A stretch of 63,916 nt of DNA, filler included, from Lenisia limosa (lineage: Eukaryota; Protista; Breviatea), in assembly GCA_001655205.1 (NCBI GenBank). It is 15 parts of 15 records of this genome, joined end to end, with 100 filler letters (N's around TTAATTAATTAA, not from the genome) between each part and the next. Parts side by side here need not be neighbours in the genome. Positions count along the whole stretch, not along the records: positions 2,485 to 12,023 come from LPNZ01010716.1; positions 12,124 to 17,177 come from LPNZ01010261.1; positions 17,278 to 18,817 come from LPNZ01010084.1; positions 18,918 to 25,720 come from LPNZ01009795.1; 11 more parts are not named here. The stretch is one strand, 5' to 3'. The notes under the pieces are model-generated. The model had not been told where the DNA came from. It worked only from the letters and a program-made list of their open reading frames with translations, and did no database searches. Made by a program: the position numbers and the translations under genes. This document shows positions 11,936 through 21,809 of the stretch, one piece after another; position 1 is the stretch's first letter; each line of letters starts with the position of its first letter.

Positions 11936-12846
11936 TAGTTGTTAATTGTCGCGCTTCACACGCATGAGTAGTGTGATGCGGTGCTCCAGAAGCCTCTGGC
12001 CTTGAATTTGTTTGTTTTGTGTTNNNNNNNNNNNNNNNNNNNNNNNNNNNNNNNNNNNNNNNNNNNNTTAATTAATTAANNNNNNNNNNNNNNNNNNNNN
12101 NNNNNNNNNNNNNNNNNNNNNNNCACGCTTATAAGAGATATTGGAATAGAATAATAACCATCATTTGCCTTACAACTCTGTGTACACAGCTTTCGGTGTG
12201 CCTCTGGCTTTGGAGATAATGTTTTCACCTACGCGGAAAATAAGCTTCAACCCTCCCAAGTCACAAGAAGGTGTCATTACCCGAAAAACGGTAAAGGAAT
12301 AGTGGTCCCCCCGGAGTCATCCACCTGAGTGCGATCATATGTACCCAAAATGCTAATGTTAGCTACCTCAGTCGTGTCAATCTAGGTTCTTTTTATTGAA
12401 AACAACACGAAAATGTAAGGAATGTAATATGAAACAACTTTGGTTTTGAAAAATTCACCAACTGAGCTGAACTGATTTTGGTATTTAAGTATGCCTCCTT
12501 TACACTGGAATCCCTCTTGCGATTGAAAAAGGGACATAATCTACATGCATGTCTGGCCCAGTTGGTCTCTAATCCACAGTGAAGGAGCACTTAAGGCGTT
12601 ATTCTCAAAAAAAAAAAACAATGGTATTCTGGGTTTTCTTTTTGTGTTGATAAAATATTAGGCTGAAGTTAATCTTTCTTTATTAAATGATAGGAAAAAC
12701 TATGATTTTGGCTCTTTTCCAACTGTTGAAGAAGCGAATTTCGATGAGATTCTCTAATCTACCCCCTGAACCCATTTCCGTTATTATGAAGTCTTTGGCT
12801 GTTGAGTGGGAGTTTGTCTATTCAATTATTTCAAAAAATTCATGTA

Positions 12847-14302
12847 CAGTGCCCGAGATAATCATTGGCAAAAAGATGTTTTTGCTAATTTTTCGCAGCT
12901 TTGACCATTTTCGGTCAAAAAGTAACCATTTTGTACAAAAAAGTTTTACTTTTTTTAATTTTTTGAAAATAAGGGTTTTTGACAATAAATAGGGTGACCT
13001 TTCGCAAAAATACAAATTCATGCTTTTGTGATCAAATTTTCGCGAATTCTAACTGCACTTTTTGGTAAACAATTTTTTTTCAGAAACAACTTCACGAACA
13101 TCCATCTCATTTTTGAGTTAAAAGTTTATTTTATTTCACATTTTCACTATAATACTGTATGAGGAAATATTCCTCAATAAGTCACCACATTGTTACGGGA
13201 GAAATCTCTGGTTTGTGCCGCGCTGGCTTGCGTCCTGCCCAAATTTGGAGAATTATTAGAAATACCGACCACGAAGTTTCACAGCGAAGTGTTTATAGGG
13301 GTAACACTATGTTATGCTCGAAGCCCTCAGGGAGCGGCCCTCTACAACTGAAGAGCAAGATGATCGAATTGTAGAGAAGGTCACCGCCGAGCCTCTTAAG
13401 CCTGTCACCCAGCACCAGAAGGAACTTGAAGCCGAAGGAATTATTGTCNNNNNNNNNNCATTATGCGTGAACGTCTCAAGAAGACTGGCTACAAAAGCCC
13501 GTAAGAAGCCTTGGATCTCCCAGAAGAACCGTCTTCACCGTCTGCAATGGGCTCGCGAAAGAGTGAACTGGACCAGTGCCCAATGGAACAGAGTCATGTG
13601 GTCCGATGAATCCATGTTTCAACTGTTTAAACCTGATGGCAATTCCCGTGTGTGGAGGAAGAAGGGTACTACTGCCTGGGACCCAAAACACATCGTTCCG
13701 ACTGTTAAGCATGGAGGAGGCCGTGTGCTCGTCTGGGGTGCTATTGGCAAAGGAGGCGTTGGCAAGTTATACCAGATTAAGGGTATCATGAAAAAAGGTC
13801 TACCTTCGTAAAATTCTCCATCGCCAAGTCAAGCCGTCGTTTGAGGTAGGCAACCCTGAGACTTGATATTGTAGATTATGTTCTGGGTTGTCATTTTCAT
13901 GTCACAAATACTTTAACTTGCCTTAAAACTACTGCTATTGATTGTATTTGATACAATGGCCAGCCGAGAGTCCTGACCTCAACCCTATCGAACATGCTTG
14001 GCAACTCCTCGACTCGAAACTTCGTGCTTCCGGGGTCAAACCCACCTCCGAAGCGGATATGATGGAAAAGTTGCAAGCTGCATAGGATAAACGCAAATGG
14101 TAGTGTTTTTGATGGTTTTGACATGTCCAATTTAGGTATTTTCAAAAAATATATATACTTTTTGTGTTTGATCCCGGGCATGCCATATGGTGATTGAAAT
14201 GATAATAAACCAAAATTAAAAAACTTTTTTTTTGTACAAAATGGTCAAAGCTGCGAAAAATTAGCAAAAACATATTTTTGCCAATGATTATCTCGGGCAC
14301 TG
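12847..14302 (+). mobile_element. Tc1-family DNA transposon with both TIRs, defective
   Basis: TA target duplication (12845-46, 14303-04). ~64-bp TIR cagtgcccgagataatcattggcaaaaa(g/t)atgtttttgctaatttttcgcagctttgaccattt with one mismatch. Encloses transposase reading frames. Confidence 0.95.
13159..14090 (+). pseudogene. Tc1 (DD34E-type) transposase, disrupted
   Basis: Motifs ARKKPWIS, WSDES, PTVKHGGGRVLVWGAI and WPAESPDLNPIEHAW. Frameshifts near 13300 and 13800, in-frame stops, and no second-Asp (QQDNA-like) segment. Confidence 0.9.
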
Positions 14303-15994
14303 TATGTTTCAGGGTTTTCCTGCTTGGGCAGTTCCAAGTGGACGCCGTTTTCAAAAAGGAGGAAACCTACAAGGATTTTATTCTTTCAGATTAAGACGAC
14401 ATGGCCGTGACTTTACAATTTAAGTAAAAATAATTAGTTCAATTGTTGGACCTAATGGTGAATTGTTTTCGCAGCGAAAGCTCTCTTTTCTTTTTAGTTG
14501 AAGTCAAGCTACTATTTTACAGTATTTGCTTGTGGAGTCTGGAATCTCACCTAACTTTTGACTGATGGGGTTTTGACTGATTTCAATTATGTTGCTGTTA
14601 CCAAATCTGACATTATTGAGAAGGTTTGCTGATATTATTGAGAAGGTTTGCTGATATCATTGATAAATCTTTGGCTCGGTCATTATTTATTTCTCTATAC
14701 CCTCATTTGAAAGTACCTGATTTTACTAAAAGATGGTTAGATGGCTTCATGGAAAGAAATAGGGATTTTTAGAGACATCAAATTTGGAGTTTTTTTTTTA
14801 TTGTTTAAACATAGACCGCAAGATTTGCTTAATCTACCTATTATATGTATGTCCGATGACCTTCCTGTCAAGTTGCAGCAGATTTAGTGAATTATTTCAC
14901 ACTATCAAAAAGTATGTGTCAATCTTCTGCTAATAATAAAAGCTGACGCTACCAATGACAACATAGTCAAGTGTGATGAGTGTTTAGGAAAATCGAGCAC
15001 ACTACATTGATGGGAATTTTGTTGTTAGTTGATTCATAATGATGCTTCGACAAATATATCGTCTTGTTTCACGTTATAGGTCGGATGGAAGTCGCATTCG
15101 AGCCAATGTGATTATAAGAGTATATCTACCCTGATGTGATCCAGACAAAAGCCTCTTTAGAGTCTCAATTGATAAAATCATTAGCGTTGTTTGAACAGAA
15201 TAATTTCCATTCACACCAACCTTTGAGAGAATTGTCCATTGGAAAAAACCTGTAAAAATGAAATTACTGGACCAGAAGATGAACAGTTATTTTTCTGGTG
15301 TATGTAAACATGTAACCATAAGCCTATTTCTCAAATATGTTTAAAATACATTTCTTGATTATTATTTTAATGGTAGCTATTTACGAAATATATTTACATT
15401 TTGCAATGAGAAATAAAGATGTATCTGGCCGAAGCCGTCNNNNNNNNNNNNNNNNNNNAATAAGGCCACTTGAAAACCCCCAAAAAATCACCATAAAGTG
15501 ACAAAATCCTCGTTGTGGCTCTTCCACCCTTTGTGTCGATTACAACTAGGTGTCAATATAAACGTGGTGGTGTAACGTTTTTTTTGGGGGGTATTGTAAA
15601 TGTTTCAACTACTCACTTTCGATTCTTTTCTAGAAATCGAAACCATTTGAAGCCAGAGTCCACCAAAATTTTGGACAAAATTATACGATTGTTACCCAGC
15701 GGTGGACAGTTTTAGCCAAAAAAAAATTTCTTCATTGCCTTTCAAAATCACTACTAAGCTTGGCTAAATGAAGGAAATGGAGATAATTATGGGTAGGAAA
15801 AGAAGGGGAGCTGTATAAAGAGATCTAGTTATTGAGATATCAGTGAAAATCTGGATAATTTGACGTGGTGTCAGGCATCTTGATTAAAATAACAGTAAGT
15901 ATTCTTAGACAATCTAACAGAAACAGAAATCTAATTTTGCACTTCTGTTTTATCCCTTTAGACTAAATCATATTTTGAAAAAACTTAGTATTCA

Positions 15995-16205
15995 GTTTTG
16001 GAATGGCCGTCCCAATCTCCTGACTGAATTCTATTGAACACCGTTTGGTCTGCTTGACCGAAAATTAGAGTAATGAAGGCCCGACCCTCTTCTGAGGACG
16101 CAATGATGCTATGTCTCCACTCTGCATGGGCTCGAATCACCACTAATGAGTTATGTCTTCTACAGACTCCACGCCAAAACGTGTAAAAGCAGTAATTAAG
16201 GCTCC
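15995..16205 (+). pseudogene. Second, diverged Tc1 transposase C-terminal fragment
   Basis: Frame-shifted read EWPSQSPD(L)NSIEH..W..RPSSEDAMM..SAWARI...DSTPKRVKAVIKA matches the Tc1 C-terminus and parallels 13955-14090. Confidence 0.7.
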
Positions 16206-17177
16206 AAAGGTGCGTTCCAGGCAGGGGGAAAGTTGTTGCTGGAAGTGTAGGCGTCGAGCTCCTTGTCGTCAATGGCGCGGTAAAGGTCACGGACTTGGAG
16301 CCAACCGGACTTGGCGAGAGGGGCGTTGTCAGACTTAGCGATGGAAATGGCAGCGATGAGCTCAGGGGTGTAAAGGGCGGTACGGGGAGGAGGGAAGAGA
16401 CCGAAAGTGAAGAGCTCTTCTTGGGGACCAGAGAAGTGCTTAGCGAGAGCCCAGGGGTTCAGCTTAATCTTGTTGTCGATGAAGTTGATGCCGGCAGCGT
16501 CGAAAGCCTAATCGGTGAGGACGGGAGTGGTGGCGGTGATGTTGGCACTCAGGACTGCCTAAATGGCACGCAGCTGGAGAGCCTCAGCATTGTCAGCGTC
16601 GATGTCGACAGCAGCCTTGGTCATGCCCTTAGAGAAGGACTTGGACACCTNNNNNNNNNNNNNNNNNNNNNNNNNNNNNNNNNNNNNNNNNNNNNNNNNN
16701 NNNNNNNNNNNNNNNNNNNNNNNNNNNNNNNNNNNNNNNNNNNNNNNNNNNNNNNNNNNNNNNNNNNNNNNNNNNNNNNNNNNNNNNNNNNNNNNNNNNN
16801 NNNNNNNNNNNNNNNNNNAGAGGAGGGCCCAGAAATCGTCGGGGATAGAGTACTTCTGGCGGCACTCGTTGACATAGAGGACGAAGACATCGAAGACCCA
16901 GGCAGTAAAGGTCTCAACAGTCTACTTGGTTATATACAATAACAAAGGGTCACTTTCATTCCTAAAAAAAACCTCTGAATAAACATCGATATTGTCTCTT
17001 GTAATCAAAGGGAAACTTATTCAGTTTTAATCTTGCAACTCACAACCCCCTCATACTTGCCATCCCTTGGGGGAGCTCATAACGGTGACGCCGTAGGGCG
17101 GATCTTCTCCTTCTCCTTCTCAGAGATGGTCTTGTTGGCAATGAGGATGGTGGGGGGAACCGGTACGCCGCTGGAGC
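16196..17177 (-). pseudogene. Degenerate DDE_1 (pogo/Tigger/Tc5-like) transposase with an intron
   Basis: C/G-ending codon-biased frame SSGVPVPPTILIANK...(frameshift)YGVTVMSSPKG...TVETFTAWVFDVFV...WALL[gap]...AFDAAGINFIDNKIKLNP resembles DDE_1. Three in-frame TAG codons. GT-AG intron from about 17047 to 16964. The predicted catalytic Asp region falls in the N gap. Confidence 0.5.
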
Positions 17178-17330
17178 NNNNNNNNNNNNNNNNNNNNNNN
17201 NNNNNNNNNNNNNNNNNNNNNTTAATTAATTAANNNNNNNNNNNNNNNNNNNNNNNNNNNNNNNNNNNNNNNNNNNNATGATTGAGGGGTATTTCGAGGT
17301 GGGTTCGTTTTGGTTCATTGGGGTACCTTT

Positions 17331-17422
17331 GGGCTTCCTTCTGTTCGAAAAAGACCGAATTTCTGATAAATCCCCGAAAACTATCGATATTTTACCGTCT
17401 TTTTCGAGCCGAAGTAAAGACC
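17331..17422. mobile_element. Family B MITE, diverged
   Basis: gggcttccttctgttcgaaaaagaccgaatttctgataaat...atcgatatttt...cgagccgaag shares the TIR start and the TCGATA-rich core. Confidence 0.6.
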
Positions 17423-17459
17423 AAGATAACTTTCTTCAATGGGGTGACTTATACTTTCG

Positions 17460-17570
17460 TGTATAGCAATGAGAAATAAGAAATAAAGATGTATCTGGCC
17501 GAAGCCACATCATCACGCTTATAAGAGATATTGGATTGTAGTATTTACCCAATCATTTGCCTGACAACTC
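17460..17570 (+). repeat. Family A repeat copy
   Basis: tatagcaatgagaaat...gatgtatctggccgaagcc...catcacgcttataagagatattggattgtagtat...cccaatcatttgcc. Confidence 0.8.
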
Positions 17571-17940
17571 ATAATAGTTAGAATGATGTGGCAGAGAAAA
17601 CGTTTTAGTTTTACCCTTCCTTTTCAGTAATATCTCTTCTTTTTTGCTCAATCCTGAGGTGATTTATTGAAATTTGCCCCTTTCTGACAATTCAGCCACT
17701 GAATGCTCTGGGCCTGGCACAATGACTTATCAAAATGGCCAGTGTGTGTGTTTCTCTGAGTACACTGTATGCAGGGGCCCTACTGAATACCCCCAATCCA
17801 TCTGCATTGATTTTGCCAAAATGTCCTTTCTTTTCTGACATAATCTCTTTTGATACTTCAAATTTCATTTAAATAAAAATAATTGCAATTAAATGCCAAT
17901 TAATTGCAGCTGTAACAATTGAACAGCACCCTTAATATAA

Positions 17941-18075
17941 CTATACTTCACGTATGCTGGGGAGGCACGCAGAAAGCTGTATGCACAGAGTTGTAAGACA
18001 AATGATTGGGTGAATTAATATTATACGTGAACGGCTTCGGCCAGATACATCTTTATTTTTAATTTCTCATTGCTA
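17941..18075 (-). repeat. Family A repeat copy, both ends visible
   Basis: Reverse complement runs tatagcaatgagaaa...ggccgaagcc...gcctccccagcatacgtgaagtatag and is flanked by a 9-bp direct repeat GTGAAGTAT. Confidence 0.8.
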
Positions 18076-18548
18076 TATTACATACTTCACGATCTCTTCA
18101 ACTTTTTTAACCAACCCAAATATTTTCTCATTGCTCACAAATCAATGATCTCTAGTTATGTATATTTTTAATTAGTCCTATGGTCTCATATCACCTCTTC
18201 TTAACCAGTCCTAGGGCATCTCTCCACTCTTTTTAACCAACCCCAATGTTAGTGTTTCACCTCTACTCTTTTTTACCAGTCCTAGGGTGTCACCTGCGCC
18301 GACTGCTCCTACCTACATGGTCGTGATGAAGGGGAGTGTGAACGTAGGGTGGAGGGGATAGAGGGGATATATTTTATAGCTGGTGATGAGAAATAAAGAT
18401 CTGGCCGAAACCGTCCACACCATCACGCTTATAAGAGGTATTGTGGCGAATTTGCTTGTTTTTGTTGATGGTGATGGAAGAAAGGATCGAAAAGGGATGA
18501 AATCTATCTTTAAAATAAAACTGTTTAAATTGTGAACTTCTCTCACCT

Positions 18549-18817
18549 CCACACATAATTTGATATGATATGATGTGACTGTTTCAGGCTCGACACATAA
18601 TTTGATATGATATGATGTGACACATAATTTGATATGATATGATGACTGTTTCAGGCTCGACACATAATTTGATATGATATGATGTATTCTATTTGTTTCT
18701 TGGATCATAAATGCCATTCAGTCTTGCATGCTTTCCCAGGTTTTTAGACAAAAGATTCACATAATTTGATATGATATGATGTGACTGTTTCAGGCTCGAC
18801 ACATAATTTGATATGAT
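18549..18817. repeat. Minisatellite, ~42-bp unit cacataatttgatatgatatgatgtgactgtttcaggctcga
   Basis: Several full and partial tandem units running into the scaffold end. Confidence 0.85.
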
Positions 18818-19052
18818 NNNNNNNNNNNNNNNNNNNNNNNNNNNNNNNNNNNNNNNNNNNNTTAATTAATTAANNNNNNNNNNNNNNNNNNNNNNNNNNN
18901 NNNNNNNNNNNNNNNNNAAAAGTTATAAAAGTGGGGCAGATAAAATGGTGAAAATATCATATGAATCTGGGGAGGTGACCAAATAAAAAGTGAGAAATAT
19001 GAAGAGGTGAAAAGCGAACAGGTACGGACGGGGTATCGACATCATTACTTAC

Positions 19053-20517
19053 CGGCACGGGAGCATCCGGGCTGAAGTAAGACTCGAGAAGAAGACGGAC
19101 GGAAACAACCCAGCCCTCGCGCGTGTCAGGGACGCGAAAAGTGACGTGGCGTTTGGTGGTAGTGGCGTAAACGCTCCATTTACCGGCGCCAAGTGTGTCG
19201 AAGCCGACTCCAACGCTGCGGGGGGGGGGGGATAAAACGAAGGGAATTTTGATGAAGAATATTGATAAAATAGAAGGAGGGGGGGATAAAACATATCTGA
19301 GGAGTTTTCGATGAAGATTGGCTTCAAAAGAGTAGAGATCAGCAAAACGAAGGAAATAAGGAGGTACGGTAAATCGGTTGAAAATACCACCAACCAAACA
19401 GATCCCCCCGCACCCAAGCATGCAAGCGTCCATGAGGAATGTGAAGGGGTAAGCCAGGCCGCTGTCAGTGGGGGCGGTAGAGACAAATCCACAGTTGTTG
19501 AGGGCGGCGTACATGCCTCTTTTGTGTACAAAGTCGGTTCCCATACTCCACAGGCCTGAAACAGTTAGATCCTTGAGCAATATCCAATCATGACAATTTA
19601 AGCAGACTATTAATAGAACATTACAAAAGTATGGACAGAAAGAAGACGGTATGAATAACTCCTCTAACTCTACCCCATGTCCAGGGGTGGTGTCATTTGA
19701 AGGTAATATCGAAAAAAAAATATTATGAAACGATGATGGAAGATATAATTTAATCCGTCTTCTATCATCTGATTCAACTCGATGATGAAAACTAATCTTC
19801 TATCAACACGCACATCATTCTTAGTTGACAAACAACATCTTCTATATCTCATTCAACGGAAAAGCTTAATTAGACAAAGAAATGATGATGGAATATATGA
19901 ATCTGACCTCTTCCGGGAGGGAGGAACTTCATGGTGAAGATTCTTTCGTACATGTCTTCAGCCTCGGTCTGTGCAGCGTTCTCGTCAAATTCTAGTATTA
20001 ATAAGGGTAACAAGGGACAAAATCTAGAGTAACAGGACTGATTGAGCATTATTGTAGTGCTATAAGGATAACCACCAGAAAACGACAAAAGCGAACCAAG
20101 CGAGTGTTTGCTCATCCAGTCCTTTTGGATCGTAAACGTGCCATTGACTACTCGCTCCACAGTCTCCCACCATTCCTCCTGTGTCCCGTCACTATAGTGG
20201 TGAGAATTGAAACATGGAATGTGAATTACATCCAATGGTGATATAATCGAAATGTAAAGCCGAAAAGAAGAGTATTGAAAGATCTTGAGGGAAACTAAGA
20301 CGAACGCTGTCGAAATTGGGGATAGAAGAATGCGCCAAAATGACAGACGGTCAAATGACACCAAACAATTGTCAACTGACGGCTTGAGCATTGACATACC
20401 TCTTAATTCGAGAGTAGGTTCTTCTGTAAACAAATTCTCCAAGACCGTCAAAGCCAAAGTTGGTCTTCTTGAGTTGGTACTTCTGAATAAACGCGCGGGA
20501 GAGTTTGAACTGGCCAT
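19053..20517 (-). CDS. nrdJ: Class II adenosylcobalamin-dependent ribonucleotide reductase (monomeric NrdJ/RTPR type), N-terminal part; truncated by scaffold end
   Basis: Spliced exons give DGTQEEWWETVERVVNGTF, AEDMYERIFTMKFLPPGRG|LWSMGT, ALNNCGFVST, PFTFLMDACMLG|VGVGFDT and VPDTREGWVVSVRLLLESYF, all hallmark motifs of monomeric NrdJ. GT-AG introns interrupt the motifs in frame. Confidence 0.92.
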
Positions 20518-21444
20518 ATTGAACCTCTAAAATCGTCAAAATGACAAGGATTGAATTCCACTGATCAATGTCAAGTGATAGAATAATGCCGAGAACGGCG
20601 GGTTTGCTGCCACCAAAAGTGCTCAGAAGCTAACAAAGTTGAAAAAAACCGTGTAGAGCAAGCGGGAGGAGGCCTACCAGAAAGGAGCGGGTTAGGAGCA
20701 TTGGGCGCCATTTTCTTCTATCCTCTGGAAGCGTGAATTCAAAGAAGGCTTGATTTAAATGGTCAAATGACAAGGTTCTTAATTTAATACACTGTAAAGG
20801 ACAAGAAGAAGAGGCTTCTTGGCGCAAACCTTATTAAAACACAGCTGGAAAGTCCTTTTTCAGAAGCTTGGAGTCAACCTGATGAAGTGTTGTAGCGCAA
20901 CTAACTAACCAGAGAAAGTAGAATCCGAAAGGAGAATTCAATTCAAATATACCATTTTTCAATCAATTTTGGCGCGCACGGAATGGGGAACTGAACTTGC
21001 CGTTTCCGATTCTTTATTTGATAATCTCCCAAAAACCAAAATTCAAATCTGTTTCCTTTTTCGCTCATTTTTAATTTATTGTGATATTATGACGATGTTA
21101 TAAAAGAAAAAGCTTGGGAAAAGCGATTGGTTTGAGGAAATGTTGAGCCCACGCAGCTGATCACCAAGATGAGGTTAGGAGGGTTATGCAAGCTCGTATT
21201 GTTATTCTAATGCTCCTGGGATAGGTAATGATGAAGGAATTTGGAAGCGGATGCGTAACTTCCATTGAAAAGGGAGAAAGTATTTTCCTCTCCAATAATA
21301 TTATTCGGTTATCCTCTTCCTTCGTTACATTGCCTACATAGGCAAATGATCGTGTGAATTCCTATACTTTCAATTGTGTTGCCCCCCTTCCTATTCTTTG
21401 ACACTTTGACATCCAAATAGTTTGTGCCTTTTATATTATGTTGA

Positions 21445-21700
21445 CAGCCCAATGCTCCATGCCATATTGAACAGCCCAATGCTCCATGCCATATTGAACA
21501 GNNNNNNNNNNNNNNNNNNNNNNNNNNNNNNNNNNNNNNNNNNNNNNNNNNNNNNNNNNNNNNNNNNNNNNNNNNNNNNNNNNNNNNNNNNNNNNNNNNN
21601 NNNNNNNNNNNNNNNNNNNNNNNNNNNNNNNNNNNNNNNNNNNNNNNNNNNNNNNNNNNNNNNNNNCTCCATGCCATATTGAACAGCCAATGCTCTATGC
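21445..21700. repeat. Minisatellite, 27-bp unit acagcccaatgctccatgccatattga
   Basis: Units on both sides of an N gap. Confidence 0.85.
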
Positions 21701-21809
21701 CATATTTTTTTTGGCGGTCAATTTGGCAATGTATGGGTTGGTAAGAAGAGGGCTGATACGAGACTTCATACTTCCATTATTGTTGAAAGTACACTATTTC
21801 CAATATTGT

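Noticed and set aside
15985-16290. Minus-strand ORF (…WRHSIIASSEEGRAFITLIF…) that looked AlkB-like
   Set aside because: It is the antisense shadow of the plus-strand Tc1 transposase remnant.
16508-16924. Genome-wide TAG-to-Gln genetic code
   Set aside because: Well-supported genes in the window (ankyrin 6015-17, CHURC1 6419-21, SH3 35211-13) end at TAG where homologues end.
17697-17810. Cys-rich EGF-like exon (CSGPGTMTYQNGQCVC)
   Set aside because: A single short segment with no supporting exons; too weak to call.
20584-20910. Protein-like frame upstream of the RNR with several TAG/TAA codons (possible recoding or decayed gene)
   Set aside because: Stops of all three types, no recognisable motif and no splice support; indistinguishable from intergenic sequence.
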